Positions 49,601 to 59,712 of a stretch of 64,000 bases of DNA are shown here, one piece after another. Origin of the DNA: Eubacteriales bacterium (GTDB lineage Bacteria; Bacillota; Clostridia; Oscillospirales; CAG-272); assembly GCA_045122255.1 (NCBI GenBank), contig JBGVHJ010000014.1:36719-100718 (forward strand), given 5' to 3'. Positions within the stretch are counted from its first letter, which is position 1. The number at the start of each line of letters is the position of its first letter. The notes under the pieces were generated by a model. It searched no databases. It saw only the letters and a list, made by a program, of their open reading frames with translations, and was not told the DNA's origin. The position numbers and the translations under genes are program-made.

Positions 49601-50365
49601 GCCGTAGATACGCTTCATTTCGTCGGTAGTCTTGATATAATAATCGTCCACGCCAAAGGTGGGCTTATTCTGGCTATCAAGAGTTGTGTTGGTCTGAATG
49701 CACATCAATACCTGCTGGATCTCGGAGTCGCGGCGGCGGAGATAATGGCAGTCGTTGGTAGCTACCATAGGAAGTCCGGTCTCTTTTGCCAGATTGACAA
49801 GAAGAGGCATAAGCTGCTTGGTTTCTTCTGTTCCGTGATCCTGAAGCTCGATATAGAAATTGTCCTTGCCGAAAATGGCGGCATAGTCAAGCGCGGTCTT
49901 CTTTGCACCCTCAAGGTCACCAACTGCAAGAAGCCTCGGTATCTTGCCCGAAAGGCAGGCGGAAAGCGCTATAAGTCCCTCGCTATGGGCGCGGAGCAGC
50001 TCCTCGTCTATACGGGGCTTGGAATAAAATCCTTCGGTAAATCCCAATGAAACGAGGTGTATAAGGTTTTTATAGCCCACCATGTCCTTGCAAAGCAGGA
50101 CGAGGTGATAATATGAATCGTTATTGGCGCGTTTATCAAATCTTGAGGACGTGGCAACGTAGACCTCGCAACCGATTATAGGCTTGATTCCCGCTTTTTT
50201 GCAGGTTTTGTAGAATTCGATGACGCCGTACATATTGCCGTGGTCGGTTATTGCCACTGTGTCCTGATCGCATTCTTTAAGCCTTGCAGGAATTTCTGAG
50301 ATGCGGCAAGCGCCGTCCAGCAAGCTGTATTCACTGTGCAGATGAAGATGTACGAATTCTCCCAT
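46685..50365 (-). CDS. dnaE: DNA polymerase III alpha subunit
   Basis: HLHLHSEYSLLDG PHP domain, GRGSGAGS, PDIDMDF and YAFNKAH motifs. Confidence 0.97.
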   Translation of the reverse strand: MGEFVHLHLHSEYSLLDGACRISEIPARLKECDQDTVAITDHGNMYGVIEFYKTCKKAGIKPIIGCEVYVATSSRFDKRANNDSYYHLVLLCKDMVGYKNLIHLVSLGFTEGFYSKPRIDEELLRAHSEGLIALSACLSGKIPRLLAVGDLEGAKKTALDYAAIFGKDNFYIELQDHGTEETKQLMPLLVNLAKETGLPMVATNDCHYLRRRDSEIQQVLMCIQTNTTLDSQNKPTFGVDDYYIKTTDEMKRIYGEYEGAIENTVKIADMCQLELEFDKVFLPKFPCPNRLSAEDYLRQLTLAGLERRIKNGHLVFGSESHNDENAYRERIDYELSVINTMGYADYFLIVQDYVGFAKNADIPVGPGRGSGAGSLVAYLLGITDIDSIKFDLLFERFLNPERVSMPDIDMDFCYNRRDEVIEYVTRKYGREHVSQIITFGTLAAKAAVRDCGRAMGMSYSDVDAVAKAIPQELGITLKNALRFPELKTLYEGSEQFKKLVDTAISLEGMPRNISVHAAGVVITDKPISEYVPLSVSNGTLVTQFDMDTIADLGLLKFDFLALRYLTIINDAQLQIKEFEPDFDIEKIPFDDKKTFELISKGETAGVFQLESAGMKQVLQNLRPECIDDIISVISLYRPGPMDSIPRFIECRHDPSKVVYDLPELEPILRSTYGCTVYQEQVMSIFRTVAGYTYGHADIVRRAMSKKKADVLEAEREQFISGANEKGIDKAKAEKLFDDMASFANYAFNKAHAAAYAVISYRSAYLKAHYTAEYMAALLTSVLGNQVKSVEYINECSKFGISVLPPDINGSRVTFATDRENGNIRFGMLALKNVGKQMLEAIINERQGGGRFTSFDNFVERMSAVTDLNKRQVEALIKCGAFDGLGLFRSQLLASYETIIDNVQQKSRNNPAGQMDMFSMGMGSFDVPSFDYPDIPEYGIREKLLMEKDASGMYFSGHMLDNYSKHVEALDSITTAELCEKSDDGELIYSDKDKVKLVGIISSVSLKTTKNDDRMAFFNLEDKFGEVECIVFPKKYNEFYPDIIVDSAIYVEGTVSIKDDDEPKILINNITPLIENERYVEHSAPKGKPEELTKAQTDTTVEAPAQNTGAPDMINMYLSMYGMATGSAAQQPAPKTAPKAIAPTSVTTPKEATATPQKIYLRVPDMSGEVFKKAKNMVDIFNEGTVTVIFYDSSTAKYSEYSERMYYSEYAIKELKGIIGEDNVVIK

Positions 50366-50388
50366 TTGGCACCGCCTTTCCTTTGTTT

Positions 50389-51297
50389 TTAAATAAGATT
50401 TCTTTGTTTCGCAAGCTCTACTGCCTTTGAAAGTCTGTGATTTACTCCCGATTTTGAGATGGGAGGCACGTGCAATTCCGCAAGCTCAGAAAGTGTGAGC
50501 GAGGGATTGGCTAATTTGAGTGCCGCCGTTGCCTGTATGTCGGGACTGAGTTCCTCGAAGAATCCCGTTGCGATCAAGGCTTCGATCGCCTCGACCTGTG
50601 CGCTCGATGCGCTAACCGATCTTGCTATATTGCTTGTAACGCAGTTTGTAGCGCGATTCTCGTAATTTCTGAGGTCCTTTTCAACGTAGCTGTCGAGAAA
50701 TTCGAACAGTGTTTTATTGGCACCGATAACGGTCAAAACGTCTTCAATAGCGGAATTGTTTTTGTAAAACACGCTGAATTTTCCCTGCCTTGCCGTAATT
50801 CCGGGTGCTTCTGACACTATTTCCTCGAGTACCGAGTGAATGAGCCAAACTCGGGTATCGTTTTGAGCGTGTATCTCAAACGTATATGACTTTTTAGGAT
50901 CGCTTACGCTTCCCGAAGCGCAAAATGCCGCACGGGCAAATGTCTTTTTACAGTTTTCGCAGGAGAAGAAGGAGTCGAGCCTTTCGGCATCATCATCGCT
51001 TCCCGAAAATTCGTCCGCAAATGCGATAAATTCAGATAATTTAGCGGATTTAAATCTAAGATCAACCGCCGAGAAGCATCCGCGTTTGATTTCACGTTTT
51101 TCGGGTTCAATTTTAAAAATTGATTTGAGGTAATGGCACAATTGCTCAGCGGTAGATTTGTCGGAAAGCTTTAATTCGATAATTCCGTCCAACGTGCTCG
51201 AAGACATAAGCGCGCCTAAAATGTATGCTTTTTTGCAGCAATTGCCTTTTATTTGTAAGGAGTTTAACTCTTCCTTCACTTGTGATGAAAACGACAT
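50389..51297 (-). CDS. whiA: DNA-binding protein WhiA
   Basis: MSFSSQVKEEL, GSVSDP, NRATNC and SKSGVNHRL motifs. Confidence 0.93.
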   Translation of the reverse strand: MSFSSQVKEELNSLQIKGNCCKKAYILGALMSSSTLDGIIELKLSDKSTAEQLCHYLKSIFKIEPEKREIKRGCFSAVDLRFKSAKLSEFIAFADEFSGSDDDAERLDSFFSCENCKKTFARAAFCASGSVSDPKKSYTFEIHAQNDTRVWLIHSVLEEIVSEAPGITARQGKFSVFYKNNSAIEDVLTVIGANKTLFEFLDSYVEKDLRNYENRATNCVTSNIARSVSASSAQVEAIEALIATGFFEELSPDIQATAALKLANPSLTLSELAELHVPPISKSGVNHRLSKAVELAKQRNLI

Positions 51298-51311
51298 TAG
51301 TACCTCTTTCT

Positions 51312-52211
51312 TTAATATGGCAGATATATGATCTCGCTTTCAAGCTCAACGCCGAAATTCTCTTTTACGGTTTTCTTTGTGTGTTCAATGAGAGACAAGA
51401 CGTCAGCAGAAGTAGCTCCTCCAACGTTTATAGTAAATCCTGCATGCTTTTGAGATATCTGTGCCCCGCCTACGGTGTATCCCTTGAGACCCGAATCCTC
51501 GATCAGCTTGCCTGCGAAATGTCCTGAGGGGCGCTTGAAGGTACTGCCCGCGTTGGGGTATTCGAGAGGCTGTTTCTCTTTTCTTGACGTCATATTTTTG
51601 GTCATAGTCAAAAAAATATCTTCGGCATTTCCCTCTTTCAATTCAAGGGTAGTTGAAAGAACGATATATTCGGGATGATCTGCAAAAACAGAATGTCTGT
51701 AGTCAAATTTATGGCCTTCGGCGTTGATCTTTTTAATTTCGCCGTCACTTGTGTCAAAATACTCGGTTTCGATAACAACGTCGGACATCTGACCACCGTA
51801 TGCGCCGGCATTCATATAGACCGCACCGCCAACCGTTCCGGGAATTCCGTATGCAAATTCAAGTCCTGTAAGAGAATGCTTTTTTCCTGCCTCGCCCGCA
51901 AGCTCGGTGAGGGATTTGCCGCAATCTGCCCGTAGGAGAGTTCTATCTCCTCTGCGGATATACTGAATATCGGATACGCGCTTCGTAAAGATTATGATAC
52001 CGTCAAAGCCCTTGTCATCAAAAAGAATATTGCTTCCGTTGCCGATAATCTTGTATTTATAGTTGCAATTTTTGATCTCTTTCAATACGGAGACTAACTC
52101 GTTTTTGTTTGCGGGAAAGATCGCAAATCTTGAGGGGCCTCCTATTTTGAACGAGGAGTGCTTTGCAAGGGGTTCGTTTTCTTTTATTTCAATCGTATTG
52201 AAATCAAGCAT
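51312..52211 (-). CDS. murB: UDP-N-acetylmuramate dehydrogenase
   Basis: GNGSN, GIPGTVGGAVYMNAGAY, QPL..PNAGSTFK and KHAGF motifs. Confidence 0.96.
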   Translation of the reverse strand: MLDFNTIEIKENEPLAKHSSFKIGGPSRFAIFPANKNELVSVLKEIKNCNYKYKIIGNGSNILFDDKGFDGIIIFTKRVSDIQYIRRGDRTLLRADCGKSLTELAGEAGKKHSLTGLEFAYGIPGTVGGAVYMNAGAYGGQMSDVVIETEYFDTSDGEIKKINAEGHKFDYRHSVFADHPEYIVLSTTLELKEGNAEDIFLTMTKNMTSRKEKQPLEYPNAGSTFKRPSGHFAGKLIEDSGLKGYTVGGAQISQKHAGFTINVGGATSADVLSLIEHTKKTVKENFGVELESEIIYLPY

Positions 52212-52229
52212 AAATTTCCTCTCCGAAGA

Positions 52230-52916
52230 TCAAACAATATCTTCTATCTCTGAAAGTTTGCTGATGATATGGGTTATTTTCATTCCCTCGGGCGCATTTT
52301 TTCCTTCGGGATTATACCAGCAGGTATCAATTCCTGCATTTATTCCGCCCTTGATGTCGGACGAGAGCGAGTCACCGATAATTACCGACTTTTCCGGATC
52401 AAAATCGGGAATTCTTGAAAAGACCGCGTCAAAGTAGGCTTTAGTAGGCTTTTCCGCGCCCATTTCCTCGGAAATGAACATATCCTCGAAATATTTACGA
52501 ATTGGGCTCTTGTCGAATCTGCCGTGCTGGACAACGGCATAACCGTTTGTTACAATAAACAGTCTGAATTTACCGCAAAGCTTTTCGCAGAGCTCCTCAG
52601 CACCGTCTAAAAGGTAGCACTTTTGTGACAGCATTGTCAGATAATGATTTGCAATCATCTTTGCATCGGCATCGGTCAATCCGTAAAAATCAAGGAATGA
52701 TTTCCAACGTGCGATAAAAAGGTCTTTTTTTGTGATCTCTCCACGCTCCAGCATCTTCCAGTATCCCTTGTTTATTTCGGAATATTTGGAGATGATTTCA
52801 TCTGTATCCGGAAGTCTGACCAGAGCGAGAACGTCCTTTACCGCCTCGTGCTCGGCACGCTTGAAATCGAATAGCGTGTCATCAGCATCAAATAAAATTG
52901 TGGTATATTCAGACAT
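52230..52916 (-). CDS. YjjG-family HAD nucleotidase
   Basis: FDADDTLFDF, TNG, KP and GDSLSSDI motifs. Confidence 0.92.
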   Translation of the reverse strand: MSEYTTILFDADDTLFDFKRAEHEAVKDVLALVRLPDTDEIISKYSEINKGYWKMLERGEITKKDLFIARWKSFLDFYGLTDADAKMIANHYLTMLSQKCYLLDGAEELCEKLCGKFRLFIVTNGYAVVQHGRFDKSPIRKYFEDMFISEEMGAEKPTKAYFDAVFSRIPDFDPEKSVIIGDSLSSDIKGGINAGIDTCWYNPEGKNAPEGMKITHIISKLSEIEDIV

Positions 52917-53013
52917 AATAATTACCGCCTTAGTTCAATATAATAATATTATACAATATAAAAGCAAAAATTGCAACACCAAATTTGTTTTTGATGCCGC
53001 AATTTTGCGAATA

Positions 53014-53550
53014 TTAATATTTAACTCTGCAATCGGGACAGTAATCATCGTAGCAGCTGTTTCTCGCGCAAATAGGACAGATGTGTTGCTCTATCTCACG
53101 GGTAAGATTTATGGGGTATCGTGTACCCTTAAGTCTGTGTACCCGGTCTCCGACACAATATACTTTTCCGACCTTCTGGTATGGGAGCCTCAGCTTGACC
53201 TTTCTGCCGCTTTTATCAAGTTGAACGTACATAACCAACTCATCCATAGTCATCAAGACGCCGAGTCTCGAGGGAGTGCGAATGACGTCTCTCCTTACGG
53301 AAACTACGGTTCCCGTCCATTCTCTTGCGAAAATGTCGTGAAAATATCGGATTTTCCAAGCGATAAAAGCGAGTATGCCGACGGAAATGCCAATAGAAGC
53401 GAAGGTATATATGATGTGTGAATTACCGTAATCCGGTATTCCCTCGTGTGAGTTGGTGTAGTAGCACAATGCACCGAGTATCACAGCGATAACGAGCAAA
53501 ATAATTGTTTTATAAAATATCTTTAATCGAAGTCTTTGTTTTACAGTCAT
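53014..53550 (-). CDS. Hypothetical 2-TM membrane protein with a C-terminal zinc ribbon
   Basis: GGAGG RBS; two TM helices; CPIC-x8-CPDC. Confidence 0.7.
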   Translation of the reverse strand: MTVKQRLRLKIFYKTIILLVIAVILGALCYYTNSHEGIPDYGNSHIIYTFASIGISVGILAFIAWKIRYFHDIFAREWTGTVVSVRRDVIRTPSRLGVLMTMDELVMYVQLDKSGRKVKLRLPYQKVGKVYCVGDRVHRLKGTRYPINLTREIEQHICPICARNSCYDDYCPDCRVKY

Positions 53551-53754
53551 CTCTATGCCTCCGAATCTTGATTATGATATAATTATATCACACGGTCAAG
53601 TGATTGTCAATAGCGTTTTTGAAAATATTTCAAAAATTTGCAAATTTAGAATTTTCTTTCAAAATTATATATAATATTATAAATTAATACTTGAAAAATC
53701 TTTCAAAATGAGTTATAATATAATGTGGATGTTTATTTTCGGGAGGATTTGAGG

Positions 53755-54900
53755 ATGAGCAAGGATATTAAGATAGGGTTGCTTGGCTTCGGCTTTATGG
53801 GAAAGACTCATGCCTTTTCGGTATCTGCTCTCCCCTTTTATTACGACGGTCTTGATTTTACCGCTGAATATGCTGCGGTGTGTACCTCTCATATAGAAAC
53901 CGCAAGGGCGGCAACCGAAAGATTTTCTTTAGGTTATGCCACCGTTAACGAGAATGACGTTATAAATGATCCCGATATTGACGTTATCGATATAAGCACG
54001 CCAAACGTTTTCCATTATGAAACGGCAAAAAAGGCAATACTTTCAGGTAAGCACGTTTTGTGCGAAAAGCCATTGACGGTCACCGCCGAGCAAGCAAGAG
54101 AGCTTGATGCTTTGGCTAAATCGGCTTATGAGAAAAACGGTCAGGTATGCGGAATGGTCTTTAACAACCGACATTTTTCCGCTATAAGACGCGCGAAAGA
54201 GCTAATTGAAGGCGGACGTCTCGGCAAAATACTTTCATTTGATTTCAAGTATCTGCATAACAGCTGTATCGATCCCGAAAGATTTGCAGGCTGGAAGCAG
54301 GATAAGGAGATATGCGGCGCAGGAACACTTTTCGACCTTGGCGCGCATATAGTTGATCTGTGCCGATACCTTTGCGGCGAGTTTGACGAGGTATATGCAA
54401 AGGAGCATATCGCATTCCCTACTCATAAGACAAAGGACGGTTCATTGTGGGAAACAAATGCGGATGAGGCGGTCTATATGACGGCAACGCTCAGATGCGG
54501 TGCGACAGGCACGCTTACCGCGAGCAAGATAACTGTTGGTGAGAACGACGGCTTGACCTTTGCGATATACGGAACCGAGGGCGCGATTAAATTTGACCTT
54601 ATGGAATCGGATTGGCTCTATTATTACGATGCCAATGCAGAGGGAGGCAATTTTGGCGGCATGCACGGTTTTACCAAGATAGAGTGCGTAGGAAGATATC
54701 CTGCACCCGGAGGAAAGTTCCCCTCCCCAAAGGCGCAGAACGGATGGCTTCGCGGACATATTGCATCGATGTATGCCTATCTCTCTGCGGTAAGCGAAGG
54801 TAAACAGGCTTGCCCCTCTTTTGAGGACGGAGCAAAAGTCCAAGAGATACTCGAGGCGGCTCATATTTCTTCCCTTGAAGGTAAGGCAATAAAAATATAA
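53755..54900 (+). CDS. Gfo/Idh/MocA oxidoreductase
   Basis: GLLGFGFMG, CEKPL and DLGAH motifs. Confidence 0.9.
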   Translation: MSKDIKIGLLGFGFMGKTHAFSVSALPFYYDGLDFTAEYAAVCTSHIETARAATERFSLGYATVNENDVINDPDIDVIDISTPNVFHYETAKKAILSGKHVLCEKPLTVTAEQARELDALAKSAYEKNGQVCGMVFNNRHFSAIRRAKELIEGGRLGKILSFDFKYLHNSCIDPERFAGWKQDKEICGAGTLFDLGAHIVDLCRYLCGEFDEVYAKEHIAFPTHKTKDGSLWETNADEAVYMTATLRCGATGTLTASKITVGENDGLTFAIYGTEGAIKFDLMESDWLYYYDANAEGGNFGGMHGFTKIECVGRYPAPGGKFPSPKAQNGWLRGHIASMYAYLSAVSEGKQACPSFEDGAKVQEILEAAHISSLEGKAIKI

Positions 54901-54927
54901 TAATAACCATATAAGGAGGCGGATACA

Positions 54928-55536
54928 ATGAAGATAATCGGAGTCACCGGTCCCAGCGGTGCCGGCAAGGGCGCTGTATCTGAGTATATGGCGACAAAAC
55001 ACGGCTTTAAGGTTATCGATGCCGATAAGGTTTATCATAACATTATATCCGCACCTTCGGATTGTGTGAGAGAACTCGTCGAGAATTTCGGGAATAGTGT
55101 TTTGAATGAAAACGGCGGTATTGATCGCAGAGCTCTTTCGAAAATGGTTTTCGGTGAAGAAAACAAGGATAAGCTTTTACTTTTGAACAAGATAACCCAC
55201 AAGTATGTTATTTCAGAGATAAATAAGATCATTGAAAAATATGCGGCTGAAGGCGCAGAGGTCTGTGTTATCGATGCTCCCCTGCTTATAGAGGCGGGTA
55301 TTGATGAGACGTGCGATTACGTTATAGCGGTGGTTGCTCCCAAGGAGCTTCGTGCAAAGCGAATTGCCGCTCGTGACGGTATCGATGAGGAAGCGGCACT
55401 GTTGCGTATAAATTCTCAAAAGCCATATAGCTTTTACGAGGAAAAGTGCGATTTTATATTGCAAAACATCCTGCTTCTCAGAGATCTTGGCAAAATTGTT
55501 GATACATGTTTAAGATGCGAGGGATTCATACAGTGA
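54928..55536 (+). CDS. coaE: Dephospho-CoA kinase
   Basis: IIGVTGPSGAGK, IDAD, IDRRAL and DAPLL motifs. Confidence 0.93.
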   Translation: MKIIGVTGPSGAGKGAVSEYMATKHGFKVIDADKVYHNIISAPSDCVRELVENFGNSVLNENGGIDRRALSKMVFGEENKDKLLLLNKITHKYVISEINKIIEKYAAEGAEVCVIDAPLLIEAGIDETCDYVIAVVAPKELRAKRIAARDGIDEEAALLRINSQKPYSFYEEKCDFILQNILLLRDLGKIVDTCLRCEGFIQ

Positions 55537-56120
55537 GAAGCAGCCACGGTGTAAAAAAACAATCGAATATCGGCGTTATCGTGCTGATAATTCTCGCTAT
55601 TTCAATAGCGCTCGGATTTATTATTGATTTTGCATGGACGAAAATTGAATATTCTGTATATCCTCAGCCATCGTCTTACGTCGGTTACGTTGAAAAGTAT
55701 TCGGAGAAATTCGACGTCCCCAAGGAAATTATCTGGGCGGTTATAAAAACCGAAAGCAATTTTGACGCGTCGGCGGTTTCAGGAAAAGGTGCTGTCGGTC
55801 TGATGCAGCTGACCGAGCCCACCTTTGAAGAGATCTCCAATCTGAGACTTAAAGAAGGACTTCCCTCCGGAATGCGATACGACCCCGAGACAAGTATCCG
55901 TTACGGTACCTATTATCTGTCATATCTTTATGACAGATACGGAGACTGGGACACGGTTCTTGCCGCATATAACGGTGGACTTGGAAAGGTTGACGGCTGG
56001 ATGGGTGAGGACGGAAAGCTTGCTCTCAATGAAATACCGCTTGATTATTTTGAGACTCTCAGCTACGTTATTAAGGTGAATTTCAGAGCTGAAAGATATA
56101 AGAAGCTTTACGCTTCGTAA
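55533..56120 (+). CDS. Soluble lytic transglycosylase (SLT domain), membrane-anchored
   Basis: IKTESNF, GLMQL, AAYNGG and ET..YV motifs; usual coaE neighbour. Confidence 0.9.
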   Translation: MRSSHGVKKQSNIGVIVLIILAISIALGFIIDFAWTKIEYSVYPQPSSYVGYVEKYSEKFDVPKEIIWAVIKTESNFDASAVSGKGAVGLMQLTEPTFEEISNLRLKEGLPSGMRYDPETSIRYGTYYLSYLYDRYGDWDTVLAAYNGGLGKVDGWMGEDGKLALNEIPLDYFETLSYVIKVNFRAERYKKLYAS

Positions 56121-56172
56121 AAATAAAAACAATACATAGTTATGCTATACTATGGAGAAAGGAAATAAAAAA

Positions 56173-57543
56173 ATGAGTGAACTTACTTACACTAAGGCAA
56201 ACTTTTATGACAAGGCAACCGAAGAAGATATCAAGGCTGCCTACGACTACTGCGAAGGCTATATGACCTATATGGACGCTTCCAAGACCGAGAGAGAGGC
56301 TGTTAAGGTCTCTATCGCACTTGCCGAGAAGGAAGGCTATAAGCCCTACTCCTTCGGCATGGACATCAAGGCAGGCGACAAGTATTATTACAATAATCGC
56401 GGCAGAAATCTCTACCTTTTCAGAATCGGTAGCGAGGACATCAACAACGGTATGAGAATCGTTGCTTCTCACATCGATAGCCCCAGACTTGACTTCAAGC
56501 AGGTTCCGATCTATGAAGACGGCGGCTTCTGCTTCGCTAAGACTCACTATTACGGCGGTGTTCGCAAATATCAGTGGGTTGCTATGCCTTTGGCACTTCA
56601 CGGAACTGTTGCAAAGAAGGACGGCACATGCGTAGATATCTGCATCGGTGACGAGGATGGCGAGCCCGTATTCTATATTAACGATCTTCTTCCCCACCTT
56701 GCAAAGGATCAGAGCGCAAAGCCTCTCGGTCAGGCTATCCCTGCTGAAAGTCTCAATATCGTTCTTGGCTCAAGACCTCTCAAGGACACCGAAGAGAGCA
56801 ACAAGATAAAGCTCAATATTCTTACTATTCTCAATGAAAAGTACGGTATCAACGAGGAGGATTTCCTTTCTGCCGATATATTCGTAGTTCCTGCAGGTAA
56901 GGCGCGTGACGTTGGCTTTGACCGTTCCCTTATGTCTGCTTACGGTCACGACGATAAGGTCTGCGCATATCCTTCCCTTACGGCTCTCTTTGAGTCCGAT
57001 GCAAGCACTCACACTCTTATGGTAGTTCTTGCAGACAAGGAGGAGATCGGAAGCGAAGGTAACACCGGTATGCAGTCCGCACTCTTCACCGACCTTATGG
57101 GTGCGATCACCACTGCTCTCGGCGGTAACATCTACGCTGTAAAGGCTAACTCCAAGTGCCTCAGCGCCGACGTTAATGCTTGCTTCGATCCCAACTTTGC
57201 AGAGGTTTATGAGTCCAGAAATGCCGCTAAGATCAATTGCGGTATCACTATGTCCAAGTACACCGGAAGCGGTGGAAAGGGCGGCACTAACGATGCTCCC
57301 GCTGAGTACGTTGCATGGATCAGAAAGATCTATGAGGAATACGGTGTTCTCTGGCAGACCGCAGAGCTTGGTAAGACAGATCAGGGCGGCGGCGGAACCG
57401 TAGCTAAGTTCATTGCAAAGCACAATATTGAGACCGTTGACCTCGGTGTTCCGGTTATCTCGATGCACGCTCCCTACGAGGTAGTATCTAAGGCAGACGT
57501 TTATTCTGCTCATAAGGCGTTCCTTGCCTTCAATCTTGCTTAA
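56173..57543 (+). CDS. M18 family aminopeptidase
   Basis: KTERE, HIDSPRLD, GHDD, DKEEIGS and MHAP motifs. Confidence 0.92.
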   Translation: MSELTYTKANFYDKATEEDIKAAYDYCEGYMTYMDASKTEREAVKVSIALAEKEGYKPYSFGMDIKAGDKYYYNNRGRNLYLFRIGSEDINNGMRIVASHIDSPRLDFKQVPIYEDGGFCFAKTHYYGGVRKYQWVAMPLALHGTVAKKDGTCVDICIGDEDGEPVFYINDLLPHLAKDQSAKPLGQAIPAESLNIVLGSRPLKDTEESNKIKLNILTILNEKYGINEEDFLSADIFVVPAGKARDVGFDRSLMSAYGHDDKVCAYPSLTALFESDASTHTLMVVLADKEEIGSEGNTGMQSALFTDLMGAITTALGGNIYAVKANSKCLSADVNACFDPNFAEVYESRNAAKINCGITMSKYTGSGGKGGTNDAPAEYVAWIRKIYEEYGVLWQTAELGKTDQGGGGTVAKFIAKHNIETVDLGVPVISMHAPYEVVSKADVYSAHKAFLAFNLA

Positions 57544-57546
57544 TCT

Positions 57547-58623
57547 ATGTTTGAGAAGCTTGTTTCAACAGCTGAAAAATACGATAGGCTCGAATACGAG
57601 CTTGCAAATAATACCGCGCTTATAACCGATGCCCAGGCTTATGCCAAGGCGATCAAGGAGTACCGCGCTCTTGAACCGGTAGTTACGAAATACCGCGAGT
57701 ATAAGAGATGCGAGAGCGATATCGAGGACGCTTTGATGATAATCGACGAAGCGGACGACGATGAATTGCGTTCTATGGCGCAGGATGAGCTCAAGGAGGC
57801 AAAAAGCCGCCTTGAGCGCCTCGCCGAGGAGCTTACCGTGCTTCTTTTGCCCCGTGACCCAAACGACGATAAAAATATTATCGTTGAGATCCGTGCGGGA
57901 GCAGGCGGTGAGGAGGCGGCTCTCTTTGCGGCGGTTCTCTACCGTATGTACTCAATGTATGCGGCAACTGTAGGCTTCAAGGTGTCTGTTGCCAATGCAA
58001 ATGAGACCGAGCTTGGCGGATTTAAGGAGATATCCTTTACAGTTGAGGGCGATGGCGCATATTCAAGATTCAAATTTGAATCGGGTGTGCACAGAGTTCA
58101 GAGAGTTCCCGAAACCGAGTCGCAGGGCAGAATTCAGACCTCTACCGCTACCGTTGCGGTGCTTCCCGAGGCTGAGGACGTTGAAATTGAGATCAAGGAT
58201 TCCGATCTTATTTATGAGTCCTGCAAATCAAGCGGCGCGGGCGGTCAGCATATCAATAAGACCGAGTCCGCGGTTCGCCTGACACATAAGCCTACGGGTA
58301 TCGTAATAGAGTGTCAGGAGGAACGTTCACAGTTCAAAAACAAGGATAAGGCTCTGAAAATGCTCCGTGCAAAGCTTTACGATATTAAGCAAAGAGAGCA
58401 ATCCGAAAAGGTTGCTTCCGACAGAAAGAGCCAGGTGGGCACCGGAGATCGAAGCGAAAAGATCCGAACCTATAATTATCCTCAGAACAGAGTTACCGAT
58501 CACCGCATCGGTGTAACGATCCATTCTCTTGATAGCTTCGTAAACGGTAATATTAGTCAGATGATCGATTCGCTTATTGCTGCAGATACTGCGGAAAAGC
58601 TCAAGGCTGAAAACAATTCTTAA
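57547..58623 (+). CDS. prfA: Peptide chain release factor 1
   Basis: RVPETE (PxT), GAGGQ and RTYNYPQ motifs. Confidence 0.96.
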   Translation: MFEKLVSTAEKYDRLEYELANNTALITDAQAYAKAIKEYRALEPVVTKYREYKRCESDIEDALMIIDEADDDELRSMAQDELKEAKSRLERLAEELTVLLLPRDPNDDKNIIVEIRAGAGGEEAALFAAVLYRMYSMYAATVGFKVSVANANETELGGFKEISFTVEGDGAYSRFKFESGVHRVQRVPETESQGRIQTSTATVAVLPEAEDVEIEIKDSDLIYESCKSSGAGGQHINKTESAVRLTHKPTGIVIECQEERSQFKNKDKALKMLRAKLYDIKQREQSEKVASDRKSQVGTGDRSEKIRTYNYPQNRVTDHRIGVTIHSLDSFVNGNISQMIDSLIAADTAEKLKAENNS

Positions 58624-58642
58624 TTTTATGAAAGGAGTCGCT

Positions 58643-59680
58643 ATGAAAACGACAGTCATTAAAATAGATGATATAAATATGCAGAAGGCTGACGTAGAAC
58701 GCGCGGCGGCTCTTCTCCGCGAGGGCGGATTGGTGGTTATTCCTACCGAGACGGTTTATGGTCTCGGCGGTGACGGTACCAATCCTCTCTCGTCCAAAAA
58801 AATATACGCGGCAAAGGGACGCCCCTCCGATAATCCACTGATAATACATATTGCAGAGCCATCCGATGCCGAAAAATACGCTCATACGAATGAAACTTAT
58901 TATAAGTTGGCCCGTGCATTTATGCCGGGTCCGCTTACGGTAATACTTCCTAAAAAGGATACCGTACCTTATGAGACCACGGGCGGACTTGATACGGTCG
59001 CTGTCCGTTGTCCCTCCCATCCCGTAGCACATGCAATAATTGAGGCGGCGGGAATTCCCATAGCGGCTCCCTCCGCAAATATTTCAGGAAAGCCGTCAAC
59101 CACTGCCGTACAGTACGTTATCGAAGACTTTGACGGAAAGGTTGACATGATAATCGATGGCGGTGCCTGTGAGATCGGACTTGAATCGACTATTGTTATG
59201 ATAACCGAATCGGGCGGACTTATTCTCCTGCGTCCCGGTGCTATTACCTATGACGCGTTATGCTGTGTCTGCGATGACGTGACCGTCTCCCCCACCCTTG
59301 AGGGAACGCTGAGCGAAAATGAGCGACCTTTATCTCCCGGAATGAAGTATAAGCATTACGCCCCTGCGGCTCAGCTCATTCTTCTTGACGGCGAGGGTGA
59401 AAACGTTATTGAATTTCTAAAAAATGAGCAGAAGAGATGCCGTTGTGCAATTCTATGCTACGACGAAGAAGCAAGTCTACTTAAAAACGAGCTTTTGTTG
59501 CCGATTGGCGAAAAAGAAGACGTTCAGACTCACGCTAAAATGCTTTTTGCAAGGCTTCGAGAGTGTGATTCCCTTTCTCCCGACGTGATCTACGCTCACA
59601 TCCCCGATAGGGCAGGCTTGGGACTTGCTCTTTATAACCGAATGATTCGCGCGGCGGCTCATACGGTGCTCAAGATCTGA
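58643..59680 (+). CDS. sua5: L-threonylcarbamoyladenylate synthase (Sua5/YwlC)
   Basis: PTETVYGL, KGRPSDNPLI, PSAN and PGMKYKHYAP motifs. Confidence 0.93.
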   Translation: MKTTVIKIDDINMQKADVERAAALLREGGLVVIPTETVYGLGGDGTNPLSSKKIYAAKGRPSDNPLIIHIAEPSDAEKYAHTNETYYKLARAFMPGPLTVILPKKDTVPYETTGGLDTVAVRCPSHPVAHAIIEAAGIPIAAPSANISGKPSTTAVQYVIEDFDGKVDMIIDGGACEIGLESTIVMITESGGLILLRPGAITYDALCCVCDDVTVSPTLEGTLSENERPLSPGMKYKHYAPAAQLILLDGEGENVIEFLKNEQKRCRCAILCYDEEASLLKNELLLPIGEKEDVQTHAKMLFARLRECDSLSPDVIYAHIPDRAGLGLALYNRMIRAAAHTVLKI

Positions 59681-59712
59681 CTTTGAAATATATACGAAAG
59701 GTAATTATATAA

